This document shows, piece after piece, positions 39,915 through 50,542 of a stretch of 64,000 bases of DNA. The notes under the pieces were generated by a model that saw nothing but the letters and a program-made list of their open reading frames with translations, was not told where the DNA came from and did not search any database. The stretch comes from Chitinivibrionales bacterium. Its GTDB lineage: Bacteria; Fibrobacterota; Chitinivibrionia; Chitinivibrionales; WJKA01. Position 1 is the stretch's first letter. Every line of letters begins with the position of its first letter. Location: the NCBI GenBank assembly GCA_038247415.1, contig JBBRUX010000007.1:42579-106578 (forward strand). Direction: 5' to 3'. Position numbers and translations under genes: made by a program.

Positions 39915-41234
39915 TTACTTATTGCGGGAAATGGTAAGATTACCTGCTGCATACAGAGGAACAACAGAAATCCGGTCTAACTCAGAAAAGTTCTCATTTG
40001 ATAGCCGAATACCCTTTTGGGCACGGCCTTCATCAAGAAAGAGGTTCATGCTTTTCATGCTGCCCCGGACACCTGCCTTTACCTCAATAGGAATAATTGC
40101 AGTACTTTTGGCAATCACATAATCAACTTCGGCATTACTTGCCCGGGCTTCACGATGCCAATAAAAAAGTTGCGGAAGAACACGGGCCGAAAACCCCGCT
40201 ATCATTTCAATACCCGCATATATTTCGGCCATTTTCCCCTCATGTATCAACTTTTCATTGCTGCGTGTAAGATATTCTCCAAGATCAAGGCCCAGTACCC
40301 TCTGATAGATTCCAATATCTAAGGGAAGAGTTTTGAATTTTTTTTCGTCAATTTGTGCAGCCAAAGGGATACCGTGTGCCGAGGAGTGATAGATTTTATA
40401 CACCAATCCTGCACGTACCAACAAATCGAGTGCTGTTTTATACGAATCAATTGAAGTATCCAAAGCGGCTCGGGCATACACAAACTTGCCACCAGCCTGA
40501 TATACTGACGATGCAAAAGTATCGGCGAGTTTGGTAACCGGAATTCGATGGGCGTACTTTCCAAAATCATCGCGAATAGATAACAACATACTATCAATAA
40601 CGCTTTGACACAAAAGAATATCTGTATGTTTACGATACACTTCAACCACTGCCGGCATTCCGCCTACCAGTTGATGCGTTCTCATACTGTCTAATAATTT
40701 ATTATGAAACACCTCATGAGCCGGCGCATTGACAGACGCACTTTGCAGCAGTTGAGCCAGATCTTCTTCGCCGGTTGCCCATAAAAATTCGATAAACGAC
40801 ATCGGGTACATGAACAACGACTCAATGCGACCAACACCAAATGACGGTATTTCTGCCAAAGCAAATTCAAGGAGTGAACCAGTTGCAACCGTATGCAACT
40901 GGGGCATTTGCTCATAAAAAAAACGGAGTGCTCGCAATGCATTTGGACACGCTTGAATTTCATCAAAAAAAAGTAAGGTTTTACCTGGAGTAATAGGCGT
41001 TTTTGTAAAAGTCCCAAGGTTTCTGCACAGCGCAGGAGCGTCAAGATCACCCTCAAAAAACCGATGAACGCTCCGCATTGCTTCGAAATTTATTTCAACA
41101 AAATGTTCAAATTGAGCACCGAGTGCACGAATCGAATAGGTCTTGCCCACCTGACGAGCACCACGCAGAAGCAAAACTCTCTTTTCAGGATCATTTCGCC
41201 AATTATTTAAATAGCCTTCAATTTTCCGTTTCAT
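39915..41234 (-). CDS. AAA_14 + DUF4143 ATP-binding protein
   Basis: GARQVGKT, FFDEIQ, TGSLL, VGGMP, and C-terminal EVDYV..PIEVK nuclease-like motif. Confidence 0.93.
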   Translation of the reverse strand: MKRKIEGYLNNWRNDPEKRVLLLRGARQVGKTYSIRALGAQFEHFVEINFEAMRSVHRFFEGDLDAPALCRNLGTFTKTPITPGKTLLFFDEIQACPNALRALRFFYEQMPQLHTVATGSLLEFALAEIPSFGVGRIESLFMYPMSFIEFLWATGEEDLAQLLQSASVNAPAHEVFHNKLLDSMRTHQLVGGMPAVVEVYRKHTDILLCQSVIDSMLLSIRDDFGKYAHRIPVTKLADTFASSVYQAGGKFVYARAALDTSIDSYKTALDLLVRAGLVYKIYHSSAHGIPLAAQIDEKKFKTLPLDIGIYQRVLGLDLGEYLTRSNEKLIHEGKMAEIYAGIEMIAGFSARVLPQLFYWHREARASNAEVDYVIAKSTAIIPIEVKAGVRGSMKSMNLFLDEGRAQKGIRLSNENFSELDRISVVPLYAAGNLTISRNK

Positions 41235-41250
41235 ACTCAAAAAGCCTTTT

Positions 41251-41323
41251 ATCATTGATTTTCTTAACGATCATTGGTTTTTTCAAGGATAATATACGAT
41301 GAATCGTTGGTTTTATCAAGGAT
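41251..41323. repeat. Three ~19-bp direct repeats upstream of the ATPase
   Basis: ATCATTGATTTTCTTAACG (41251), ATCATTGGTTTTTTCAAGG (41270), ATCGTTGGTTTTATCAAGG (41303). Confidence 0.7.
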
Positions 41324-41394
41324 AGCGGGCATTGAAGATAGGTTTATGGATTTTTAGAGTAATTGAGGTGGGCAAGATCCTCAGGACTCGCTAA

Positions 41395-42840
<1,446 letters not shown>

Positions 42841-42860
42841 TTATTTTTGATCATTCCCCG

Positions 42861-42887
42861 CCCTGCTGGCAGCTCTGGCCGGCAGGG
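42861..42887. terminator. GC-rich hairpin between convergent eno and radical SAM genes
   Basis: CCCTGCTGGC-7 nt-GCCGGCAGGG; no clear T tract. Confidence 0.45.
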
Positions 42888-42912
42888 TCCTTCTGCTCGC
42901 CCCCACGTGGGA

Positions 42913-43917
42913 TCACGTTGCCGAGTAAAAGCGCGAAGGACCATGCAAAACATCCCAATCCGCTTCCTTGAAAATGTTAGCACAATCAGCAACGGTATCT
43001 CCCCGTCCTTCCTCTGTTTTTTCCTCAATATCCCTTGGATTTGCACCTGCCTCAGCCCAGAAAAGATTTGCACCTGCCAGTGCACCGAGAGTACATGGTT
43101 CATGGGTACAATTGCCGATGGTTGCTCTGGGTGTTGCAAGTCTGGTCACCGCCACGATCTGGGCCATACGCAGCTCCGAAATCATTCCCCGTTTTGCCAT
43201 TTCGGTACCAGGAATGGCAATTCGACGCGCTGCCCCGGAATACACCGGATTGAATGAAGCCGCGAGCATGATAGCATCTGCCAGTTCTTCGTTGGTATGT
43301 TCAGGTCCAACCGGTTCGACACAGGTTCCGACATGAAGACCAGCTTCCTTGAAGTTTGCAATTGATGCAACCCGTTGACGTGGATCGATATTTGTGTCAA
43401 TTCCTTCCCGCAGACGGACGGCATGATAGACTCCGCTGAAACCCGATTCTGCAAGTTTTTTTGCAGTGGCACTATCCTGGTCCCCTACATTGGCGATCAA
43501 AATTGTAGATTGCAGTAGGTTGCGCCGCACTTCGGCCGCCACTTCAAAATAATCACCCATTGGAAAATGTGCTGTTGCCATAATGAACACCGCATTAGCG
43601 CCATCTGCTTCAAATTGACAGGCGCAACGTATGGCTTCTTCAACGGTTATGCGAGTACTCTTTTTGAACACATTGTTGACCGCTGCAAACGAGCAAAAAA
43701 GACATCCGCAGGAACAGGGTGCTACATTGACCGCAAACTGTGCATGGACTTCGGCTTTGCCGTTGCAAACTGAACCCGACAGTTTTCGCGCGGCAGCCAT
43801 AAGGGCATAGTTTTCAGCAGAAACCGGAGGGCAAGAGAGAAGGTGCATGATCTGCTCTTTGGTAAGAGATGCACCGTTTTCCACGTTGGATAGGGCTGCC
43901 GGAATTTTAGGATCCAT
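42913..43917 (-). CDS. Radical SAM protein (BioB-like fold, function unknown)
   Basis: CSCGCLFC (CxxxCxxC), YHAVRLREG, CVEPVGPEH, CTHEP, EAGANPRD. Confidence 0.87.
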   Translation of the reverse strand: MDPKIPAALSNVENGASLTKEQIMHLLSCPPVSAENYALMAAARKLSGSVCNGKAEVHAQFAVNVAPCSCGCLFCSFAAVNNVFKKSTRITVEEAIRCACQFEADGANAVFIMATAHFPMGDYFEVAAEVRRNLLQSTILIANVGDQDSATAKKLAESGFSGVYHAVRLREGIDTNIDPRQRVASIANFKEAGLHVGTCVEPVGPEHTNEELADAIMLAASFNPVYSGAARRIAIPGTEMAKRGMISELRMAQIVAVTRLATPRATIGNCTHEPCTLGALAGANLFWAEAGANPRDIEEKTEEGRGDTVADCANIFKEADWDVLHGPSRFYSAT

Positions 43918-44056
43918 ACAATTTGTTTCCCTTTGCATTTGAATATTCGAAAAAAACGTCGGTCCATATGTATTTGGTGAAACCATCGGATTGACTGTTG
44001 ACGATTCCGTGCGAACCTCCTTGAAAAGGGTGTGTGTATTTGTACCAGACCAGTGC

Positions 44057-44383
44057 CTACCCCAACCTGCAGCTCCCGCCATTCTCCAGATCAACATCCT
44101 TGGCCAGCAGCGAAGCATACTGGGGATGCCTCCGGTAAAAAACCACGGCATACGAACAACTGGACATTATGCTTAGTCCCTGAGCTGTTGCAAATTCTGA
44201 AATTGCAACAAGCAGGTCTTCGGCAATGCCCTTACCGCGAAGGTCGGGATGCACAAATGTTTTGTAAATATCTATAATAGTAGGGGTCGAGTCTTTCCGG
44301 TCATAATCGGCCGAACACTCCAGATTGTCGACGGTACAGAAAAATCGTTTTTTACTCTCATCGTGCTCAATTGGATAGCTCAT
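44057..44383 (-). CDS. Small GNAT acetyltransferase (YjdJ-like)
   Basis: TFVHPDLRGKGIA and SCSY motifs. Confidence 0.87.
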   Translation of the reverse strand: MSYPIEHDESKKRFFCTVDNLECSADYDRKDSTPTIIDIYKTFVHPDLRGKGIAEDLLVAISEFATAQGLSIMSSCSYAVVFYRRHPQYASLLAKDVDLENGGSCRLG

Positions 44384-44397
44384 GGAGATCCTCCGGT

Positions 44398-45195
44398 TCA
44401 TTGTGCTATTTTGTCAACTATCATCATTATGGTATCAAAGCTCTTTCCACCTGTTTTTAAATCGACCATTGCATTTCCCTGATCGCTGAGCGAAACGAAT
44501 TGTGGGTCAATCGGAATGGAGCCCAGAAAAGGTATGCCAAGCTCATCAGCCATCCGTTTACCGCCTCCAATGCTGAATATGGCAGTCTCAGTATTGCAGT
44601 GTGGGCAGACAAATCCGCTCATATTTTCTATAACTCCAAACACCGGCAGATTCAATTTATTACAAAAGTCTATTGACTTACGCACATCAAAGGTGGCCAC
44701 ATCCTGCGGGGTTGTGACAATAATTGCGCCGTCGGGTTTTGCGGTCTGGACAACCGATAGAGGCTCATCACCTGTCCCTGGAGGCGAATCAATAATGAGA
44801 TAGTCAAGCTCGCCCCACACTGTGTAGCCAATGAATTGCGAGATGACCGCATGTTTGAGTGGCCCCCGCCAGATTACTGAGTCGTGAAGATTCTGCAGCA
44901 TAAATTGAACGGACATGACTTTCAGAAGCCCGTCATACCGAATTGCCGGTTCCAGATGTGTTTCATCGCCAGCAGTCACAAAGTTTTCGAGCCCGAGCAT
45001 CTTTGGAACCGATGGTCCATGCAGGTCTGTGTCGAGAAGCCCGGTCTTTTTGCCTTTGAGTGCCAGTCCAACAGCAAGGTTGACAGCTACAGTGCTTTTA
45101 CCAACCCCGCCTTTGCCGGAGAGAACAACGAACTTCTGTTTGATGGTTGAGAGTGTTTCCGCCAATCGTTTTTCATCTGCGCCTTGATGACTCAT
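44398..45195 (-). CDS. Mrp/NBP35 iron-sulfur cluster carrier ATPase
   Basis: SGKGGVGKST, WRGP, DSPPGTGD, VTTPQ, ENMS..CPHC. Confidence 0.95.
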   Translation of the reverse strand: MSHQGADEKRLAETLSTIKQKFVVLSGKGGVGKSTVAVNLAVGLALKGKKTGLLDTDLHGPSVPKMLGLENFVTAGDETHLEPAIRYDGLLKVMSVQFMLQNLHDSVIWRGPLKHAVISQFIGYTVWGELDYLIIDSPPGTGDEPLSVVQTAKPDGAIIVTTPQDVATFDVRKSIDFCNKLNLPVFGVIENMSGFVCPHCNTETAIFSIGGGKRMADELGIPFLGSIPIDPQFVSLSDQGNAMVDLKTGGKSFDTIMMIVDKIAQ

Positions 45196-45238
45196 GGAAA
45201 TATGCTCCTTTTATATAATACGGTCAGTTTCCTTATTA

Positions 45239-45254
45239 CGCAAAGGCTGTGCCT
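45239..45254 (-). promoter_or_regulatory. Sigma-54 promoter for mrp-GNAT-radical SAM
   Basis: Minus strand reads AGGCACAGCCTTTGCG, with exact GG-N10-GC spacing. Confidence 0.72.
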
Positions 45255-45294
45255 TTGTTTTTGTGCAAAAAACGACAATAAATTCACCCGGACT

Positions 45295-45338
45295 TTGCAA
45301 TGATGCAATGTTTAATTGCACTGTTTGCATTAATGCAG
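45295..45338. promoter_or_regulatory. Paired palindromes, candidate enhancer (UAS)
   Basis: TTGCAATGATGCAA (45295-45308) and TTGCATTAATGCAG (45325-45338), 30 bp apart, midway between two divergent sigma-54 promoters. Confidence 0.6.
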
Positions 45339-45403
45339 GGCTGAATTGTCCAAATGCTGCACAGAAGGCTCGCTTCCCTGCAAAAACAGGCTTTTTTGCA
45401 GAC

Positions 45404-45419
45404 GGGCACAAGAATAGCT
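45404..45419 (+). promoter_or_regulatory. Sigma-54 promoter for the NifX-like operon
   Basis: GGGCACAAGAATAGCT, with GG-N10-GC spacing. Confidence 0.62.
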
Positions 45420-45430
45420 TATAAACTGTT

Positions 45431-45814
45431 GTGATGGAAACAATAGCAATAACAAATTGGAATGATATCGTCTCGCCGCTCTACGATTCCGCGTGCAGTA
45501 TAAAAATACTTGCAACCGATGGCAGTCGCAAGGTAGTGGATGTACGCAGAATGTCTTTGGTTGATAAAGCCGAGGCTTGTTCGAAGGAAGGAGTGACAGT
45601 TCTGATGTGTGGCGCAATTTCGAATATCGGCAACGCAATTTTGCAGGATAAGAATATCAAGGTGCTTGCGTGGATTCGTGGGTCGGTCGATGAAGTAATT
45701 GATGCGTATTTGAATGATGTCAATGTGGCGGAACGCTATTCGATGCCTGGGTGTCGAGGAAAATTGTGCGGGAAAAGCAAACAGTTTCGCCATCACAGAA
45801 GTTGTTGTGATTAA
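45431..45814 (+). CDS. NifB/NifX-family protein
   Basis: IAI..W...VSPLYDSA, LMCGAIS, WIRG.V.EVI.AY, MPGC. Confidence 0.82.
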   Translation: MMETIAITNWNDIVSPLYDSACSIKILATDGSRKVVDVRRMSLVDKAEACSKEGVTVLMCGAISNIGNAILQDKNIKVLAWIRGSVDEVIDAYLNDVNVAERYSMPGCRGKLCGKSKQFRHHRSCCD

Positions 45815-45851
45815 TATCGAAAAATTGCACGTATCTAAAGGAGAAAAAGAT

Positions 45852-46211
45852 ATGAAAATAGGAGTATCTGCAGAAGAATCCAAACCGGATAGCCTGATCG
45901 ACCCTCGATTTGGTCGAGCAAAATATTTCATGATGTACGATGATGTAACTAAGAACTGGGAATCTATCGACAACACCCAGAATCTTCAAGCTGCACAAGG
46001 CGCAGGAATTCAATCTGCTGCAAATGTTGTCAATGCTGGTTGCGAAGTCTTGATAAGTGGGCATTGTGGCCCAAAAGCTTTTGCAGTACTGGACAAGGCA
46101 GGTGTTATCGTATATACAGTATCAGGGGGAACTGTTCAAAATGCTTTCGATTCGTTTAAGCAAGGGCAACTCACCAAAATTGAGTCCGCTGATGTTGATG
46201 GGCATTGGTGA
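45852..46211 (+). CDS. NifB/NifX-family protein (orange-protein-like)
   Basis: DPRFGRAKYF, GAGIQSA, SGHCGPKAF, ADVDGHW. Confidence 0.9.
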   Translation: MKIGVSAEESKPDSLIDPRFGRAKYFMMYDDVTKNWESIDNTQNLQAAQGAGIQSAANVVNAGCEVLISGHCGPKAFAVLDKAGVIVYTVSGGTVQNAFDSFKQGQLTKIESADVDGHW

Positions 46212-46268
46212 GTGATCTTTCAATTTAAAAATGTGTAGGTCAATAACAAAATAACCAGGGGAGGTCTT

Positions 46269-46607
46269 ATGAAAATTGCCATACCAACAGCAGATGGAAA
46301 ACTTTGCATGCATTTCGGTCATTGTGAGAAATTCGTCATCGCAACCGTTGACGAGCAAACAAAAACAATCACCAGCACAGAAGAAATTGTTCCGCCACCT
46401 CATGAGCCAGGGCTGCTGCCTAAGTGGCTTCATGAAAAAGGCGCAAATGTTATTATCGCGGGGGGCATGGGTATGCGGGCGCAGCAGCTCTTTACTCAGA
46501 ATAGTATCCAGGTGGTGGTAGGTGCGCCACCTGAGCACCCGCAGACGGTGATTCTTAATTGGCTTAATGGTACCCTTGTTACCGGAGGAAACAGTTGCGA
46601 CCATTGA
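46269..46607 (+). CDS. NifB/NifX-family protein
   Basis: HFGHCEKF, PPPHEPG, AGGMG, NSCDH. Confidence 0.9.
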   Translation: MKIAIPTADGKLCMHFGHCEKFVIATVDEQTKTITSTEEIVPPPHEPGLLPKWLHEKGANVIIAGGMGMRAQQLFTQNSIQVVVGAPPEHPQTVILNWLNGTLVTGGNSCDH

Positions 46608-46717
46608 CACTTGAACAAGCCCTGAGCGAAGAAGGCGGGAGTGTTAACGAGAGCACGATACAGGATATTAACAGTTTCAAGACTTCTCAAGGTAGTGCTT
46701 ATTACGAAGGAAATCTA

Positions 46718-47116
46718 ATGCGGCTCAGAGAGATCCACCATTCGCAATGTTTGTTCAATCGTCAACGTTCAATTGTGCCAGGGCTGAAATTCACGTTTGA
46801 TGATGCCGGCACACTGCATGGCACATTCAACTGCAATGGATTTCAGCAAGGCTATGACAACATGGTTCATGGCGGGGTGATCGCGGCAATAATAGATGCC
46901 TCAATGGCCCAATGCCTGATGGGGCACGGAGTGGTTGGATATACAGCGAATTTGTCGATCAAGTACCGCAAACCAGTTAAAATTCGCACAATGGCTTATC
47001 TTGAAACGTCAATTACGGCGATCAATTGTGGCCTTTTGCATTCGATGAAATGCGAGATCGTTCAAAACCGGAATCTGGTTGTTCAAGCTACAGGTCGGTT
47101 CTTTAAAGTAAAATAA
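46718..47116 (+). CDS. PaaI-family hotdog thioesterase
   Basis: QGYDNMVHGGVIAAIID, TANLSIKYRKPV. Confidence 0.88.
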   Translation: MRLREIHHSQCLFNRQRSIVPGLKFTFDDAGTLHGTFNCNGFQQGYDNMVHGGVIAAIIDASMAQCLMGHGVVGYTANLSIKYRKPVKIRTMAYLETSITAINCGLLHSMKCEIVQNRNLVVQATGRFFKVK

Positions 47117-47174
47117 GGGTATCTGGCTTGGGGGTGTGCATTGATAATTATCCGATGGAGGCAGGTCACAACTC

Positions 47175-48023
47175 ATGAACATAGCAATCGCAAGCGGTAA
47201 AGGTGGAACCGGCAAGACCACCGTCTCGACCAATCTTGCCATGTTACTTGGAGAAATGGGAGAAGCGGTTCGCTACCTTGACTGTGACGTTGAAGAGCCG
47301 AATGGTCACCTTTTTCTTAATCCCTACATTAGGGAGAAACATGCTGCTGTCATCCCCGTGCCGCTCATTGATGAATCAAAGTGCACGGCTTGCGGAGAAT
47401 GCGTCAGGTTCTGTCAATATAAAGCGCTTATTCGCCTGAGTAAACTGGTTATGGTTTTCCCGGAATTGTGCCATGGGTGCGGCGGGTGCACGCTCGTTTG
47501 CCCGCAGCAGGCGATTGCTGAGCAGGCAAAGGAAATCGGCTTTGTAGAGACGGGTACATCGGGAATGATCGGTTTCGTGCACGGAAGGCTCAACATTGGC
47601 GAGGCAATGAGTCCGCCTCTTATTCGCAAAGTGCTTGAACTAACTATGCCCGACACGATCAATATCATCGACGCTCCACCGGGAACATCATGCCCGGTCA
47701 TTGCTTCGATACGGAAAGCTGACTATGTAGTACTTGTTACTGAACCAACGCCGTTTGGACTCAACGATCTGGGTCTTGCCCTTGATATGATTCAAGAGCT
47801 CGGTGTACCTCATGGCATAGTTATTAATCGGGACGAAGAGGGGAATACCGATGCTCAGAAGTTTTGTGAAAAGAGGCAGGTGCAGATACTCGCACAGATC
47901 CCCGATGATCGCCGTATTGCAGAGAGCTACTCGCGTGGCGAAATGATCATCAGCGCTGTTCCCGGAATTCGTGAACGCTTTACAGAACTGTGGCGATCGA
48001 TTCGAAAGCAGGTACAGGCATGA
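47175..48023 (+). CDS. MinD-superfamily ATPase with inserted ferredoxin domain
   Basis: SGKGGTGKT, DCDVEEPN, CTACGEC, CHGCGGC, DAPPGTSCP, TEPTPFG. Confidence 0.93.
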   Translation: MNIAIASGKGGTGKTTVSTNLAMLLGEMGEAVRYLDCDVEEPNGHLFLNPYIREKHAAVIPVPLIDESKCTACGECVRFCQYKALIRLSKLVMVFPELCHGCGGCTLVCPQQAIAEQAKEIGFVETGTSGMIGFVHGRLNIGEAMSPPLIRKVLELTMPDTINIIDAPPGTSCPVIASIRKADYVVLVTEPTPFGLNDLGLALDMIQELGVPHGIVINRDEEGNTDAQKFCEKRQVQILAQIPDDRRIAESYSRGEMIISAVPGIRERFTELWRSIRKQVQA

Positions 48024-48940
48024 AAGAAATCGTGATTATCAGCGGCAAAGGCGGGACCGGCAAGACGAGTATCGCGGCTTCATTCGCCGCACTTGCAAAG
48101 GGCAAAGCAGTAATGGCAGACTGCGATGTTGATGCTGCGGACCTTCATCTTATTCTGAAACCGCAAATCGGTTTGCGCTCAGAGTTTCGCAGTGGGCATA
48201 AGGCGCTCATTCGTGCGCAAGACTGTACCGGTTGTGGTACCTGCGCCGATGTATGCCGATTTGGCGCGGTGCGTGACGGAACAACGTGGGATACGTATCC
48301 CCGCGTCACCTATTTTATTGATCCGATTTCCTGTGAAGGGTGTGGTGTATGCGTACGTTTATGCCCCGCCAAAGCGATAGATTTTGCAGAAGAAGTTTGC
48401 GGGGAATGGTTTGTTTCCACTACCCGGTTCGGCTCAATGGTTCACGCCAAACTCGGAATCGCAGCAGAAAATTCGGGAAAGCTGGTGACACTCGTTCGAA
48501 ATGAGGCAAAGAGGCTTGCACAGGAGCAAGAAGCGAAATATGTGCTCATCGATGGTTCCCCGGGCATCGGGTGTCCGGTCATCGCATCGTTGACATCCGC
48601 GAGCCTCGCGCTTATTGTTACGGAACCTACCGTGTCTGGCGATCATGACCTGCGTCGAATAGCGGGTCTGACAAAACAGCTTCGGGTTCCCGCAATGGTA
48701 TGCGTCAATAAGTGGGATATCAACGTTTCCGCAACAGAAAAAATCAAGGAGTTTGCACAGTCACAGGACATTGGCTTTGCCGGACTGGTGCGGTACGATA
48801 AGGCTGTCACGCAAGCGCAGCGGAAACAAGAAACGGTTACGGAATTTTGCTCGGAGGGTGTTGCGATTGACATACAAAACATATGGGATGCGGTTACCAA
48901 AGCGCTTGCGGAATATCTGATCAAAACACAGAATAGTTGA
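48020..48940 (+). CDS. Second MinD-superfamily ATPase with ferredoxin domain
   Basis: SGKGGTGKT, DCDVDAADL, CTGCGTC, CEGCGVC, ENSGKLV, DGSPGIGCP. Confidence 0.93.
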   Translation: MKEIVIISGKGGTGKTSIAASFAALAKGKAVMADCDVDAADLHLILKPQIGLRSEFRSGHKALIRAQDCTGCGTCADVCRFGAVRDGTTWDTYPRVTYFIDPISCEGCGVCVRLCPAKAIDFAEEVCGEWFVSTTRFGSMVHAKLGIAAENSGKLVTLVRNEAKRLAQEQEAKYVLIDGSPGIGCPVIASLTSASLALIVTEPTVSGDHDLRRIAGLTKQLRVPAMVCVNKWDINVSATEKIKEFAQSQDIGFAGLVRYDKAVTQAQRKQETVTEFCSEGVAIDIQNIWDAVTKALAEYLIKTQNS

Positions 48941-48947
48941 GTCGCCA

Positions 48948-49247
48948 ATGACAATCTTGATTTTAATCATTTTTTTCTGTCTGTTGGGGAGTGTAATTTC
49001 AGTTTTTCTTGCGGCAGTTGTTTTGATACTGTCGCAAAAAATGAGGAGCTTTCTGCTACCAATGCTGGCGAGTTATGCGGCCGGAACACTTCTTGGCGCG
49101 GCATTTCTTGGCATGTTGCCAACGGCCCTTAAAATGGGTGGTCTGCCCGATCAAATTATTGTCAAGTTTGTCCGCAATTCTGGCCGGAATTGCGACTATA
49201 CTTTTAATAAAGGGTTTGAAAGGCTAATGAACCAGTCAATCCGGTGA
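48948..49247 (+). pseudogene. ZIP-family metal transporter N-terminal fragment
   Basis: SYAAGTLLGAAFLGMLP in the first ~60 aa, followed by an unrelated tail. Confidence 0.72.
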
Positions 49248-49302
49248 TTTCATGGTGGGCGAGGTGTGCAATTGTGAAAATGCAAATCAAAGGAAATACT
49301 AC

Positions 49303-50088
49303 ATGGTAAGCGAAAAAGATCTTCTGTGGATAAAGAATTGGTTTGATACGTACGTGCATCATTTCTGCACTGGTAATGAACGATTCGATTCGGCAATCTG
49401 CTTAAAAGTCCGTCATACAAAAAATGTCGCACGTGAGATTCTTGATATCTCAAATTCTTTAAACCTTGGAGCTGGTGACTGTTTCCTTGCCGAGATCACA
49501 GCGCTTCTCCATGATATTGGTCGCTTTGAGCAATACATGAAATACCAGACCTACTCCGATCAAAAATCGGAAGACCATGCAAAACTCGGTATAGAGATTC
49601 TTAAAAAAACAGGCGCACTCAACAGGCTGGATAGTGCAGACCGGGAGGTTATCGAAGCCGTAGTTATCCACCATAACAAGGCAATCCTCCCGCAAAGCAG
49701 TGACCCGAGGTTTCTGCTTTTTCTCAAACTCCTTCGCGATGCGGATAAAATCGACATCCTGCATGTAGTAACCGAGCACTATCAGGGAATCAACACCAAT
49801 AATGCAATCGAACTCGGCCTGCCGGACGATCCGGAAATATCCAACCGGATTATTCAAAATGTAATGAACGGGAAAATCGCCCGCGCGGAGGACATGCTGA
49901 CACTGAACGATTTCAAGCTATTGCAGATCGGATGGGTGTTCGATCTCAATTTCCCGCGATCATTCGAGATGGTCAAACAGCGGAAATACCTTCAGAACAT
50001 CAGTGCCGTACTGCCGCTGAGTGACGCTGTGACACAGGCTCTTGCGGTTGCACTCCAGCATATTGATAAAAACTGCGCGAAGGCATAG
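49303..50088 (+). CDS. HD-domain phosphohydrolase
   Basis: KVRHT, LLHDIGRFEQY, DHA, HN, RDADKID. Confidence 0.92.
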   Translation: MVSEKDLLWIKNWFDTYVHHFCTGNERFDSAICLKVRHTKNVAREILDISNSLNLGAGDCFLAEITALLHDIGRFEQYMKYQTYSDQKSEDHAKLGIEILKKTGALNRLDSADREVIEAVVIHHNKAILPQSSDPRFLLFLKLLRDADKIDILHVVTEHYQGINTNNAIELGLPDDPEISNRIIQNVMNGKIARAEDMLTLNDFKLLQIGWVFDLNFPRSFEMVKQRKYLQNISAVLPLSDAVTQALAVALQHIDKNCAKA

Positions 50089-50225
50089 AATAACGGGAAA
50101 GTGGTACTCGAATAACTATCGAGCTGGTTGACTTTACGCTAATGTTTCAAAGAAGGTTCAATGAGTATAATACACCCATCCGCAAGCGATCCGACAAAAC
50201 TCGAGCGCAATGATCCCGCGCCGGC

Positions 50226-50348
50226 ACCTCGGCAAACTGTCAAGCTCGGCGGCTGTCATGGCGGAAGGCGCCCATTCGTTCATGGACGTGGTTTCCTCTG
50301 TCGTCAGTTACGTCGGACTTTATGTTATTAAAGAATCCTTGCTCTAGC
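50226..50348 (+). pseudogene. Cation diffusion facilitator (CDF) fragment
   Basis: Frame reads LGKLSSSAAVMAEGAHSFMDVVSSVVSYVGL, matching the CDF TM2 HxxxD region; no start codon or remainder. Confidence 0.62.
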
Positions 50349-50398
50349 CTGAAGTGTCCCATCTGTAATGTTGACTTAAGAAAAGAAGGGGGGGCGTT

Positions 50399-50542
50399 AT
50401 GAACGTTTCATTGCCGGATGAAGTAGTGCAGGCCTGGAAAAATCGCGAAGGGCCGTTAGTGTTGACAACGGTCAATAAAGAGGGTGCGCCCAATGCGATT
50501 TATGCGTCTATTGTCAATATTATTGCAGATGGGCTTGCATGA
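50399..50542 (+). pseudogene. Pyridoxamine 5'-phosphate oxidase-family N-terminal fragment
   Basis: MNVSLPDEVVQAWKNREGPLVLTTVNKEGAPNAIYA stops after 47 aa, overlapping the next start (ATGA). Confidence 0.6.

Noticed and set aside
41251..41323. Direct repeats as a CRISPR mini-array
   Set aside because: Repeats are about 19 bp, degenerate, with spacers of 0 and 14 bp; no cas genes.
42913..43917. Calling the radical SAM protein biotin synthase
   Set aside because: BioB-specific motifs such as YNHNL(D/E)T are not present and there are no other bio genes nearby.
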